A stretch of DNA of 59,853 nt, filler included, from Sphacelaria rigidula (lineage: Eukaryota): assembly GCA_964200075.2 (NCBI GenBank). It is 10 parts of 10 records of this genome, joined end to end, with 100 filler letters (N's around TTAATTAATTAA, not from the genome) between each part and the next. Parts side by side here need not be neighbours in the genome. Positions count along the whole stretch, not along the records: positions 5,997 to 11,892 come from CAXNAA020023659.1; positions 11,993 to 17,888 come from CAXNAA020023660.1; positions 17,989 to 23,883 come from CAXNAA020023661.1; positions 23,984 to 29,878 come from CAXNAA020023662.1; 6 more parts are not named here. One strand, written 5' to 3'. Made by a program: the position numbers and the translations under genes. Numbering within the stretch: position 1 is the stretch's first letter; every line of letters begins with the position of its first letter. Positions 11,516-24,421 of the stretch are shown here, piece by piece. Below the pieces are notes generated by a model. It had not been told where the DNA came from and ran no database searches. It saw only the letters and a list, made by a program, of their open reading frames with translations.

Positions 11516-13045
11516 GTGAACTACATTTGTTTCCCCTTGGAAATTTTTGCGGTCCTGATTTGGGGCCCTCTAGCTTGCTACCGGTGAACACAGATGACGT
11601 ACCCCTCAGAATCGTTGTGTACCACGCTCACTGGTCGAATGTCCGGTCGAACTTCTCCGCAGAGGATTGTAATCCTTACGAACCGGCAGATGGCTATAGA
11701 GTCATCTGCTGGGTGCTGCGCGTGGGGTGTTTTTGTTGTCTATGTTGTTACAGTCATACACCAGTGCATCGAAGGTCGAAAATTGATGTCTCATGAGTGC
11801 AGTGAAGTAGACTGCATATACCTGCTCCGTCTCGAAAGGGATGCGTGGTCAATGGTCAAACGACTAAGGCAAGCAACAAATGAGTACGCCCCNNNNNNNN
11901 NNNNNNNNNNNNNNNNNNNNNNNNNNNNNNNNNNNNTTAATTAATTAANNNNNNNNNNNNNNNNNNNNNNNNNNNNNNNNNNNNNNNNNNNNAAATTTCC
12001 GCATGATGAGTTTCCTCGTTTTTTTTTTTTCTTTTTTTTTTTTTTTGGGGGGGGGGGGAATGCAGACTCCACGAGATAAATATGTTGACACAAGTTAAGC
12101 TGACGAAAAAAATAGAAGCGTTTCATAAACTTTCTAATATTAAAATTCGTTTCGAGGCCCACCAATTAGCAGTCCGCCAGGATTTTTTTTTTTTTGTTAC
12201 TCGGGGAAAAAATGTTTTTGGGGGCAAGAGATAAGACACGACCTGAAAAGATGCTCGCCCCCGTTGTTGGAGGGACTCCCCCACAACCCACGAATTTGCG
12301 GAAGAGGATGACGCTACTGTACACACCGCACGTGAATGGTTGTCGAAAGTTTGCAAGAGGATGCTTTCGATTCGCCATTGTTGTCAAACAGACTGTCAAA
12401 TCACAAAAGGGAAAAAAAAATGGAGCTTGCGTCCGTGATTCTAAAAAGGATGACATGCCACTTGAGGCCAATTATTTGCTGACCTCGCGCCACTCTCGTG
12501 TTCCGAGTGTCGAAGACGTGTTGCAAGAGCGGGTCGGGTAGAGTATGCGCCTTGGAGTACACGGGTATAATACCCAGGATTCACTCAACCCAAGTTTGGG
12601 GAAAATTGGGTACGACCTCAATACTCCACCCATACTATGGGCAAGTACTCTCGAGGAATATAGCTTCACTTGCTCGTGACCTCTATATTTTACTTGAAGT
12701 TTGTATAGGGATGGCTACGATAACAATACGGCACCTCAAACTTGGGTGAGCAATCTCAGCAAAACCCGCGTAAAGTATCACTTCGGTACGATCTCGATGA
12801 CACTGGACGCTGGTCAAGTCGTGCCGTCACTTCACAGACCACCTTGACTGTGAGGGCAAGTTATGACCACTGATTACAAAAAAGGGTGAAGTTTCGTCGC
12901 CTCCCAGGTGATCACGCCGAGCGGTGTCCAGATTCTATTTTTGTCAGCACAGAACGCTCGCTACCCTTGGGAATTTGAGTGAGCGGAAAGATGCCATAGA
13001 TGGGCAGAGGGAGTAAAAAAAAGCAGCAATGCAGACCGCGCGCCT

Positions 13046-13802
13046 GGTTCCTCGATAGGAGATCCAGCGTCGGAAATGATCGTGGTGGCTATGGATTTGC
13101 CACCATCGCGAGGGCGAACAGCAGAAGCGGCCGGCATCCCAGAGGCAGACGAGGACGCGGGGTGGTGAGAAAATCACAGACCTGACCCGAACACAGCCCA
13201 CCGCGGTCCTTGTTGTACAGCCGGCTACGGTATACCGCTGCAACGGGGAGGAGTACAACGTGCCGCAGGAAACGATTGATGCAATCGAGATTCTTAGGGT
13301 GCCCGACGGTGTCCAGCAAGCGGACGCTCGAGAGTAGTCGTACATGTACTTCGTCGGAAACTTCTTGGAACTCCACCGCCGAAACGATAAGCACGGAAAA
13401 TATTTTTGCCAAGTGAGTAAAAATCGCAGTACTCACTTTGCAAGAATACGTTCAGTTCTTGTCGGTCCGGTCGTGGGGTCTCGGGAAGTTTCCGAGGAAG
13501 TACATGTACGACTACCCTCGAGTGTCCGCTTGCTGAACACCGTCGGGCACCCCAAGAGTCTCGATTGCATCAATCGTTCCATGTGGCACCTTGCACTCCT
13601 CCCCATCGCAGTGGTGTACCGTAGGCGGCTGCACAGCACGGACCGCGGCGGGCTGTGTTGGGATCAGGTCCATGAATCCTCACCACCCCGCGTGCTCATC
13701 TGCCATTGGGTTGCCCGCCATTTCCGTTGTTCTCCCTCGCCATCATGGCATATCAACATCAACGATTTTCGTTTCCACGCTGGCTCTCCCATCTGAGAAT
13801 CC
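13046..13802. repeat. Long imperfect inverted repeat (foldback) with ~370-bp arms and a ~10-nt loop
   Basis: The centre reads TGCCAAGTGAGTA-AAAATCGCAG-TACTCACTTTGCA. ORF-track entries 13210+ and 13433- give near-identical peptides from opposite strands. The match extends outward to CCAGCGTCGGAAA / TTTCCACGCTGG. Confidence 0.93.
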
Positions 13803-14316
13803 ATCGACCCGCTGCTCAACATCGAGTCACATTCAGATGGCATGACTTTGAACTAGGATGGTGTCCGGAGGGGGGAAGGGGGAGGGGGGGGGTACTCATG
13901 ATCATGCATGCCATAGTCATAAGACCATTGTCCTCGCATCCCTACAAAGTTTTCACCGGACCAGGGCGGCGGCGGGGGGGGGTAGCTGCTGTACTTCTGA
14001 TGGCTCGTTCTTGTTTTTCAGTCTTATTGTTGCTTCATGTAGAAGTTGACGGCTGTGCCAGGACGACCAGAGATGTGCGTTTGGCGCCATCAGTATAGCT
14101 GTGTCAAGGTGGAGTATTTAGCCGTCAACCGTTTTCTCACAACAGAGCGAGTTGGAGTCAAGAACAACAACAAACACGATGCTAATGTCACTCGTTCAAC
14201 TTCTGATTGAAATCACAACTGTAACGATACTTGTACCGGTGAGTAACCCTCTCGGTACTTGCAATGGAGACGTGTGGATTTCGAGGTGCTGTATTTTGAA
14301 TGAGACACGGCTAGCC

Positions 14317-14400
14317 GCCCCGGTGGCTCAGTCGGTAACCTCGAAACCCTCTGACGGGTGGGTCGGGAGTTCAAATCTCGGAGCGATCTGGGATTTTTTC
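14317..14400 (+). mobile_element. tRNA-derived SINE head or tRNA pseudogene
   Basis: Starts GCCCCGG and has A-box TGGCTCAGTCGG, B-box GAGTTCAAATC and a downstream T-run. The anticodon arm and 3' acceptor stem are not intact. Confidence 0.6.
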
Positions 14401-15420
14401 TCACACCATGCTCAACAGTGGAGAGCGACTATGACGTGCGTACACAAAATTCGACTTAGAGGTCCACGAGGGAAATAAAAAATAAAGGCAAGCACCGCAG
14501 AAGGAAGGTGGGGTACTAAAAAAAAAAAGTCCGGTGTTGACCTTCCTCCTGTGTGACCTCGGCTGGTGCGCCCACATATACCGAAAGGTGTAGACCGGCG
14601 TCTAGAATAGATGGAACGACAACACAACAACACACATGACTAAGTTTATACAGTTTTCACGCAACACTATTAGCCCGAGGCATGTTTTTCAGACCCGTAT
14701 AAAAAATTGTGCCCCAGTGCAGCACGGGATTCAGTATATAGAACATAGACGGGTGGTGCCGATTTCTGTTTGTACAGACTTCAGGAACGCAAGTGCTGTT
14801 TTTGGCTGTGTGCACAAACTTGCACAAGCTTGACTCGTTGTGTCCCTCACTAGACGAAACTAATCCGACCGCACTGGAGTAACATTTTTGGTGCGCGAAT
14901 GACGTATGCTGATAGATTATTCTGTTGCCTTCCGCCGTAAACATGGTTGCCGTCGGTCTTTTTTGTTACCATTTTTTTTTTGTCACGGCTTGAAATAACG
15001 AGGCGTCTGGCCCGGGGACGGAAGGGTAGGGTTCCCAAAGGGTTAAACGATCGCGCTTTTCGTGCTCGATAAAAAATTAATTCTGGAATACTATGGTGTT
15101 CCTATTACGTGTTTCATAACCCTTTCGTTATTGGTTGTCTTCGTTTTTCCCAAATTGCAAGCGGCTGAAACGCGTTACAGTTGAACGTCCGAATACCCGC
15201 GTACAATACCTGGATATGGGCGTACTTAATCTACAATAGCAATACTTTTGGTAAATGTTATGTTTTTACGCGCCCCACTACAGCGTCTGTGTCAATTTTT
15301 CTAGGTCTCATTTTATTTTTTTATTTCATTGGGGGTAGTTAGCCTGTGTCCACGGAAGGCGTCCGCAGCAGATGCCCAGTACAGAGTACTGCGCAGATAT
15401 CGGAACGTTTTTTTTTGTGA

Positions 15421-15474
15421 AGACAACGACAACGACAACGACAACTACCCCTACCACTACCACTACCACTACCC
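15421..15474 (+). repeat. Compound hexanucleotide microsatellite (GACAAC)n(TACCAC)n
   Basis: Read directly from the sequence. Confidence 0.85.
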
Positions 15475-15959
15475 TGCCCGTCTACACAGCACATATTTGA
15501 ACGCCGTTTGAAAATATGCGGGAATCTGCCTTACCCGAATTCGGGAAATTCGGTCACGATCTCAAAACTCTACCCATATTCTGAGTAGACTTAGATACGA
15601 TCTTAATACTCCACCCCAAACGTTGTATGACCTGAGCATGATCTCACTCCTTTACCCAAAAATTGAACAAGCAATCTCACCTATACCCGGGTATGGAGTA
15701 TCACTTGGGTGTGATCTCAATATTATGATAATATTTTCACATCCCATGATAGCCGGATTTGGGGTTTCGAAACAAAAGGGCGGTGTGAAGTGAAGGGGAA
15801 GAATACGAAGAAAGTTCCGAGAACAACAGTTTATCCCTGTAGTGAGCGCATATAATCAGTCCGAACGTATCAAGAAAACACCACCTGGCCGGGCGACCGA
15901 AAGGACAGGATTTTTGGTTGCGGACACCACACATCAACACGTACACGCGCTACATAACG

Positions 15960-17714
15960 ATGACCACCACCTCCAACACCAACGACAACGCAGCCAGCAC
16001 CGGCGCTAGTGCCAGTGGCGGAGACAGGGGAAAGGGCAAAGGGAGGGCAACGCCTGTCACCCGCCTTACCCCGGAGCAGTTGGCAAAAGCGATGCCATGC
16101 CAACCCAGCGCAGGCCTCACGGGTCTGCCGTGTATGATCGAGGGCAGAGTAGGCGCGTCCCGCGTTGTGGACCCACAACGAGTGTGCTTCGCGGACGGCC
16201 AGGTTGTCCGTGCTTTCACCGCGTGCCCATGCAAGCTCGGAGACCGCCTAGTTCACTTCATGGCGATGGGAGGCGCGGACACTTCTACTTTCCGTGCCTG
16301 GACATGGGGCGTGCGCGGAGAGATGCCTCTGAATCCACCAAGGACAGCACGACATGCTGTGAACTCGTACGGGCCCTAGTGGTACAGCGTCTAGCGGACT
16401 TGCGAGTGCTACGTGAGGAAGGCGGTGGATATGTTATTCTGCCGAGTGAGCAACAAGACGTTGAAGTTGTGCGCGAGAACCCCCCCCTCTCCCGCAGAAG
16501 GATCAGCACCCTGGGACAGACCAGCAAGAGGGGGCCCGCAGCGGAGAAAGCAGCGAGGAAGGCGCAGGCAGTGGCGACAAGCGCAAGCGGAGTGAAAGGG
16601 AGGAGGATCAGGGAGCTGCGGATTTGTGGCAGCTCATGCAAGGGTTTAAAGATATCAGCGGCAAGCAGCTTCCCAAGGAGGCGAGAGCGTTTGCAGACAA
16701 GTATGGTAGCAGCGCGAGGTTGGCGTGCGCGCTTTCATGTGAGAGCGAGAGATTGCGGGGGGTAGCGCTGTTTCATGCATGTAAAACAAAAAGAGCGGGT
16801 ACTCGATAACTTCAACCGCAACAGCAGAAACCATAATACATTGCTATCGAATTGCATGAGTGCGTCAGCGGCGGTGTAAGGTGACAGCTGTCGATCATTT
16901 GCATCAAGGGCAAATGCAGTTGAAAAAAAAACAAGCGGAAATGTGGGAATCACGCAGGCGGGGGTAGGGACAGAGTTCTGTGGGTATGAATAAAACCGGG
17001 TGCAAGTGGCTCACAGCGATGTGCGGGGCAATATAAGCGACTCGCGGTTGCAGGGGAGGGTGCGGTATGCTGAGCGCAAAAGGTGTGTCATACGCAATAA
17101 TGCTAACAAAGAGCGGCCGCCAGGCCATGAAGTATACACGATGCCTGCGCTGCCAAACTGGATTGAGAGTGCACAGCGTCGATTTGGGGGCGCAAATGCT
17201 TGCGATGAAAGGGGTAGGGTGCGAGGGAGCTAGACCATGATGCGTACTAGCGGCTCATTTGCAGGTCAATGCTGCCCGCAGCACAGAACAGCTCAACGGA
17301 CAGTGTGTGGGAACAACTGCGGTTGCCTAATATGGAAATCGATAGGTATGGTGATGGTCGGTGCAGAGTTTGCGGCGATGCTGTGATGGGTGCACGATAT
17401 GCAAGTGCCAAAGTGATATATGTACGCATGCAGTAGCGGGCGAAATATAATGAGAAGCTAACGGTGTATGCTTGCGGTTCCTGTGCGGTGTGTGCGTGAT
17501 GTCCTTGCAGTGTTTACACGCCGTGAACGAGGTGCTGGAAGTAATACACAACGAGAACGACCAGTTTGGTTTCCACAATTCGGATGCAAGGCTGCGCAAG
17601 GTAGAAAAGCAGACGAACGCGCGTGGTTTGACAGCAAAGCGCGCACTAGTTCAGAACTGGGTCACGCGCGCGGGCGGGAGAAATGGCGGCAGTCTCGCCG
17701 CAGTTGGTGACTGA
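15960..17714 (+). pseudogene. Decayed intronless ORF with an acidic/Gly-rich linker and a C-terminal Cys cluster; probably from a mobile element or endogenous virus
   Basis: Protein-like reading from ATAACG-ATG (MTTTSNTNDN...) continues through in-frame TAG stops and frameshifts: ...DKRKRSEREEDQGAADLWQLMQGFKDISGKQLPKEARAFADKYG...; ...CRVCGD...CKCQSDICTH...CLRFLCGVC...LHAVNEVLEVIHNENDQFGF. Family not recognised. Confidence 0.5.
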
Positions 17715-19004
17715 GTGTGTCGCGTAGCTAGAATAGTTATGCCCGCCAAAAAAGGGGTAGTCATAGAGGTGCTCAAGGGGGATGAAAGTATGATGCGGCA
17801 GCGCCTGCTACTCCACAAAGCGTCCGGCCACTTCGCTAGAGGGGGCCGGCCCCCGAGAGGGCGCTGGCAAGGGCCAGGATACGGAGGANNNNNNNNNNNN
17901 NNNNNNNNNNNNNNNNNNNNNNNNNNNNNNNNTTAATTAATTAANNNNNNNNNNNNNNNNNNNNNNNNNNNNNNNNNNNNNNNNNNNNGACCCCCCAGGG
18001 GTCCAGCCGTGGTCTCATGATAGACGTACGTACCCAACAAAAACGAAACTTAAACACGCTAACTTTACGTATGATATCGCGGATGGATTGTAAAATGACT
18101 ACTCCCGGACAGCGTCGACTGTCGTTTTACGAACTCAACCAAACGCACTACTTCTGCTGCTCACGCCCTGGCACTGTCAACCACGCGAATTAGGCACTGG
18201 TACTCATGAGCAAAAAGCCGAGCCATTATAGACGCATCTGTTGAGAATAAAAGCCACATTTCCCCCGACCTACCAATGGTGTCTGTTGTACCACTAGGCC
18301 AATATGATGACCGAGGCGCGTCGAGCGCATGTTCTTCACGCATTTTTCCGTTGTTTTATTTTCTCTTCTTTTCTTAGTCTACTCTGTTGGTATTTTGTAC
18401 GTCTTCTGTTTTTTTGGTGCATTTGCTTTCGCGAGTGTTATCAGTTTTGTTCTTTTTTGTCTCGGGTACGTTTATCCTCTGGATAATGACCAAGGCTGTA
18501 TCATCACTCCTGGTGGATCCGGTAAAGTGCGACGATCAATTAATCAATCACTTAAAGTGATACTTTTTTATTCTGCACGAGGCAGCCGCCATTATGGGAG
18601 AACGGCAGTTAGCGCTGTCGCCACTGCTGCGTAGGTAGCTAAGCTCCTCACCCCCCGCGTGTTGCACCTGCTCTCCTGTTCATTGATCCAGTGGCGGGCA
18701 TCTTGTAGCTTGGCGTCGTTCCATTCTGGGCTGGAGTGTGTCCCTGCCACAGCTTGATACTGCAGCTGCTCACCGAATGTTGTATATTGTTGCTACCCTG
18801 TGTGTGTTTTTTTTTCTTCAATTGCTTGGTAGTTGCGGAGTGAAAGGTCTAAAAGAGACGACAACATGTAACCATGCCGCTGCTGCTTCATCACGAGTGA
18901 GTTAACAGTGCGCATCAGGTTTGACCCTCCGAAATGTGAACACAAAGACAAAACACACATATAAGCCCAAGTGAGGTGCGTAGGGTCCCAGTATATTTGT
19001 AAAG

Positions 19005-19017
19005 TTATTATTGTTGT

Positions 19018-19051
<34 letters not shown>

Positions 19052-19063
19052 GTTATTATCGTT
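19005..19063 (+). repeat. (TTG)n microsatellite
   Basis: Read directly from the sequence. Confidence 0.95.
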
Positions 19064-19282
19064 GCTTTCTTGCCGCAGCATTTTCGCGACGATGTTGAAT
19101 AATGTTTCAACTCGCAAAATATGGATATACATACATACATATACACACAAGGACACCTCACTTTTGACGAAGAAATAAAAAATGAACTCTGGGTGTTTTG
19201 TTTCATCAGCGCGCCCCGCGCCCCTTTTTGTATTGCATTCGCATAAATGCTCGGAACACATATATACATGTATATGTCTCAG

Positions 19283-19468
19283 GTATTTGATTACGGCGTA
19301 AACTGGGAGGAGGTGAAGGATGTCGCACTACCACTGCTTCACAAGTTCACGGCGCACACGAACGGATCGAGTATCAAGATGCGGGACTCGGGACTGGCGT
19401 GGAGCTACTACTCCACAGATCCCGAGTGGGGGCAGATGCAGGCCAAGCAGCTGCTTGCAGAGCTAGAG
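19283..19468 (+). CDS. TPS: Trehalose-6-phosphate synthase/phosphatase, TPP (HAD) domain exon
   Basis: CAG acceptor. Encodes VFDYGVNWEEVKDVALPLLHKFTAHTNGSSIKMRDSGLAWSYYSTDPEWGQMQAKQLLAELE, matching the TPP-domain motif TxGSxIExKxxxLxWxYxxxDPxxGxxQAKxLL. Donor is AG|GCAAGT. Confidence 0.92.
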
Positions 19469-19744
19469 GCAAGTGGCGCGGTTTTTGCTCGAGTACTTGA
19501 CCGATCGATTGACTGAGATATCGATTGACTAATAGATGCTCGTGCGGTAACGGGACTGCTGCGAATCTAGCCAGTCTATACTTTGATTTTATGATGGTGT
19601 TTATGATGGTGACATGGAAGGGACCCATTGAATAACTGGTGCGCTTGTCGCGTTGCCCGCTAGTACTGTGGCTCTGTTGAGGTTGTTCATGGGATACGTG
19701 TGAGGCGTCCTGTTGGTCGGAGATGAAGAGGTCTTGCCCAAGAT

Positions 19745-20105
19745 TGACTTGGGGGGTAGGTGGTGGGGAGTGTACTCAATATCTGGCATGCCGTAGTCGC
19801 ATGACCTGTAACCTGGCATCCCTACCCATCCGGGATAGAGCACGACGGGTTTTCGCTGGACCAGGCTGCTGTCTGGGTCGGGAGAGGGGTGGGGGGGGAT
19901 GTACTCATTTGTTGCTTGCCTTGGTCGTTTGACCGTTGGCCACACATCCCTTTGGAGACGGAGCACCGTTCCTACTTCCGATAAGAGGCACCTCCGGCGT
20001 TCTCATGACTTTTCCCTATACATTAGGTAGGGACTTTCTTACTTATGTCATCCCCTTCCTGTTGCGCCGTCTGTGACCATCATCTGTATCCCATCTGGTG
20101 AAGCG
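19745..20105 (-). repeat. Intronic B+A chain of the poly(C)-ended high-copy repeat
   Basis: Reverse complement of the modules at 6070-6430. Confidence 0.85.
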
Positions 20106-21311
20106 ATCGTTTTTCGCCCTATCTCGTGTGTGAAACGATTTGATTTCACATTCGTTTACTCACCGATCATCCTTCTCTCCTCTAACACATCTCGTACCTC
20201 CTTGTACAGTTCACGTTCCCGCACTGTCTGAGTTCTACTCTTTGTTGGCTGTCTGGGTGGGGGAGGGGGTAGAGGGTTGATGTTCCCCTCGAGCGAACTC
20301 CAGTGAAGAGCATGGCTATTTGTGGGGGGGTTCTCCCCAACCCGCATCCCCAAATATATATGGTTGGGGTATGCTTTGTTTGGTCGAATTCCAAGGGCTG
20401 GGGCTACCCCTTTAAAAACCGTAACACCGCGATGCGGGTAGTCCATCTGGATCACCCTTTTTTCAAGTGAAATTGATGCCGATTCAGCAGATGACCTACC
20501 CTCGCGGTCAAAGGGTTAAGTCAACCCTCTACCCAACGAATAAACCGAGCACTCTCGGACAAGTGTGTTGTATTTCTTATCCTAAGCAAAGTGAGGATTG
20601 GCAGAGCTCAAGTGGGTGCCGTAGGTACCGATTTTGAACCAACAGCCCAACCGATAGTCAGGGCCAGCACGTAAGGCGAGCTCACGGAACTGCCAACCCT
20701 ATAAAGATCCGAAAATCATGGCTGGCATTGAGAGAATGTTTTTTTTTGCGCCATGTATATGGGGAGCTGATTCACGGAGGACTCTGCCGCGCTGTTTGGT
20801 GAGACAAAGATGGATTATGACGGTGCAAGAATGACGAGATTTGTTCCTTTTTTTTGTGAGTGGGTGTGATATGATGGTGGATGTGCGATGTAATTTGTGT
20901 AGTTTTCAGTGATGGTGATTGATGAAATTGCCGTGTCTGTCACTTCGCATCATGTGGGATTCCTTCCCCTTTTGATTCATGCCAGGGTGCGTTTGTACAA
21001 ACACTTTATCAGGTTTGAGTTGTCAAGAGCTCTTCATCTCATCCAAACAACGACCTACGAAATATGTGACAGCACGCCGCGATCAGCATTCCAATATAAT
21101 GAGCCGGGGATATCCCGAATGAATGAATTTTGGGAACGGAGATGTGCTGACTCATATTCTTGTGTAGCTCAAAGCTTTAGCAACTCCTCAATGGCAAACG
21201 TCTGGACCCAAAAGTGCATCCCTACCGTGGCATGACTTTTCTCGTAATGTGCTCTAATGTGTTGTACTGCGCTGCCCTGTGCTGTGCTGTGCTCGTGCTC
21301 TCGTGGTGTAG

Positions 21312-21365
21312 GTGGCGCTAGCAGCCTATGACGTCAAGGTGCAGCACCTCCGGGGTTCTCTCGAG
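21312..21365 (+). CDS. TPS: TPS/TPP 54-nt exon
   Basis: TAG acceptor and GTGAGC donor, phase 0. Encodes VALAAYDVKVQHLRGSLE, which bridges QAKQLLAELE to VVP as in TPP domains. Confidence 0.85.
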
Positions 21366-22958
21366 GTGAGCCAGTCACACCTTCGCAAAAGGGTAGTACA
21401 ACAGTATTTCGCCTAGCCGGCTACAGCCCACAGCAGGTGGAGGCTGCAGCATGTTAACGGTGCCGTCCGTGATATGGAAGCCCTTGTACTAGACTGTCAT
21501 CCCGCGTTCTTCACGCATGGTGTTTTTTGTCCCCAACGTTTGAGCCGTGCCCGTATACTGCCTGAGCGAGATGAGTACAAGCAGCGCCGTAAACTGTTCC
21601 TGTAGATATCAAAGCTTGGTGTGCCTAGCCAGTGTCCTGCCCGCCAAAATTCTGTTTCAATGTCTTTTTATTTTTGCTGGTGCTGCGATGACACAATTAT
21701 ACTAGGAAAACGTCGGAGAATCCCCTTGATATGCCCAGCACTATTTTCGTTATTCTTCCGTTGTTGACCCCCGCGACGATACAAGAAGCCGACATTGGTT
21801 TCCTCTTCAACTACGGTGGCCACGGGTGTAATACTCCACACTAATTATTCTCGTTGAAAATATCTGGTCGATATCGTTAAATACCACGGAGTTGAAGCAA
21901 TTCTCCCCGCTACACAGGCAGCTAGCTGCCGAAGTTTTTCCAATATTTACGCAATTCCGACAGCAAAATATCCCACAACAATCGTCAATCCATGTTTCGG
22001 CGGTCGGTGCGTGTTGTTGTCAAAGGAGGTCTAGAACGGTTTGTCCTTTTGTGTCGATATCCTCGGCACGGCGAGGCTCTTTGTCGACCTCTCTCTCTCT
22101 CCTTGAGTTTGCCCGGAGCGCTGTCTGTTTATGTTCGCCACGGATTCCACAGTCGACAGCGATAGTCACGTACACCAACGCTCAGTGTCAACGTGTGGAT
22201 TTCACTCATGGCTGTCCTCCCCTCGATCAGGCCGCGTCCGTTACCCCGATACCTCAATACCCCCATTCTTGATTCGATGCAAGTCAAGTACGTGTGCCCT
22301 GCGTGTTGTACCGTTACTTTCTGATCCACAAATCCTACATGTAGTTCTCCATTATCGTGTCAGTGCGGGATGGTTCTTCACAGAAGAAAAAATAGCACGG
22401 ACGGCCTGTTGTTGCCCCGAGTGATGTATCCTGTAAAACACGCACGGCAGTGCAACCCTTGTATTGGAGTGTGTGGGTTGTGTCGCTGGTTTTATTCCGT
22501 TAGTTTTCCCTTGTTCCTTCGTTTTTTTGTTCGTAATGGTACTTTTTTTATAATTCATCCCTATCCTCGGGACGACTCCGTGGTTTCCGGTCTGATGGGA
22601 TATCAGCCCATCTATACCCGTTACACAACTTACATAATGGTGTATATCGCGCATTGGATTAGCACTGGTTCCACTAATCCCTCATTCCGTCGACTATTCA
22701 AAGCAAACTCAGACAAAGTCTTACTGCTAGTCATCTTCTCACCCTTTAAACGGCGGAAATCAGATACCGTACTTCTGGGGGAAAAAAAGGCAAACCAGAT
22801 ACATGTGGCAAGATCCTTCCTCCCTCACGGTATCAGGAGTACCATTGGACCATTAGACATTACACCACCGGGGCACAGCGGTTGCACTTTTTTATTTCCC
22901 TTTTTTTTCGTTTGATATTTCGTGTGTTTCTATGTGTGTTTGTTTTTCTAAAAAATAG

Positions 22959-23131
22959 GTGGTGCCCAAGCGACTGCACAAGGGAGTGGTGGTGAGCACG
23001 ATTCTGAGGAATCAGCGCGAGAGGACTGGTCGCTATCCTGACTTCGTATTCTGTGTTGGAGACGACGCCAGTGATGAGGCTATGTTCGCGGCCGTCTACT
23101 CGTTCCTCGCTCAGGCCGAAGATCAGACTGG
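22959..23131 (+). CDS. TPS: TPS/TPP exon with the HAD C-terminal motifs
   Basis: TAG acceptor and GTGAGA donor. Encodes VVPKRLHKGVVVSTILRNQRERTGRYPDFVFCVGDDASDEAMFAAVYSFL, with the KG and GDDxxDExMF motifs. It is absent from the ORF track because it is shorter than 60 aa. Confidence 0.94.
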
Positions 23132-24006
23132 GTGAGACATACGGTGCTTCATTGCACTTGGTCAACAGGAGGTACAATATATACCTTGCCGTGCTGGGCC
23201 CATGAGACCTTGGGAGGGGGGGGGGCAGCAAGCACACCGCCTATACCGGCCACTTCGAGGTGGATTCACCGCTCAAAGAAATCGTTCATCACCACACCGC
23301 GAAGTACAAGAGAACGCTTACGTCCAGGGACATGTTGAGTTGTTACGCAAGTGCGAGTTTACCCGTCTACATACATCCGCATTTGCATGTCCGGATGTTG
23401 GAATTTGAGTCGCGGGGGTCCCGTTTGAGCGCTATATTTGCTAGCATGTAATTTTATCGCGTTTGTTCACTATGGTGTTGCTCTCTCTTTTTTTTATTCC
23501 CGTCTTTTCTTGGTCATGCTTCTTTCATTACCTGCTTCCTTACTCGGGATGAGTCCTCTTCTTCAAGGAATCGACCTGTCTCTCCCCCTGATATCGATAC
23601 CTTGCTTGACATGTTGTCAAGTCGGTACTACAGTATCGCCCCCCGTCATGTGGGCTCTCGTCGCAGTTATGTAATCTCCTGTCATATTCCCACGCTTTCC
23701 GAAAGAAAGAAACAGTGAAATATACCATTGCTGTTGAGTTTCGACCCCATTTCTCCTCTTGAAATTAGGACGAATCAGCTCGTTGTGTAATTTTTTTCTG
23801 TTTTTTTTTTTTTTTTTTTGGTTTTTTTTTTTTTCTTTTTTTTTTTGTTTTTAAAATTTCTTTTGCTTTTTTTTTTTTTTTTTNNNNNNNNNNNNNNNNN
23901 NNNNNNNNNNNNNNNNNNNNNNNNNNNTTAATTAATTAANNNNNNNNNNNNNNNNNNNNNNNNNNNNNNNNNNNNNNNNNNNNGGTGGGGGGGGGGGTCG
24001 CTGGGT

Positions 24007-24042
<36 letters not shown>

Positions 24043-24421
24043 CTACTCATGATGTTGAATGCCGTAGTCATATGACCATTGACCTCGCATCCCTCCAAAG
24101 CCTTTTCATATGGGGGCGTCATCTTTCCCGCCGTTTTGAATCTGGAGGAGGGAGTTTAGTTGTTCAAGCATGGTTGTCGGGTTGTACTCTGTCTAGATGG
24201 CTCATCAAGTGTTTTGTTTGTCGTTCTTGTGGAAACCCTTTTTTCGGTTCTAGCCCATGGTTGGTTCAGTTTGAGATCAGTCTCATGACAATCTCATGTC
24301 GTACTTTATGCTACGCTCCGGGTCTGAAAATTCGTTTGCTCTCTGCCATAGCGAACGATCTGTACGAATCCTTACCGGCCGATAGTCAATCTCACCTGCC
24401 ATTAGCATTACTGCCACATAG

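Noticed and set aside
14317..14390. Functional tRNA gene
   Set aside because: The acceptor stem and anticodon arm cannot be formed. It is kept only as a SINE or pseudogene head.
17355..17530. Possible TnpB/Fanzor zinc ribbon (CRVC...YACGSC, then RDVLA in another frame)
   Set aside because: There is no TS motif before the first CxxC, no DxNAAxN, and no RuvC-I or RuvC-II motif upstream. The match also needs a frameshift. A PHD/RING-like reading fits at least as well.
18793..19269. Poly-Thr and poly-Asn ORFs
   Set aside because: They are translations of an intronic (TTG)n microsatellite.
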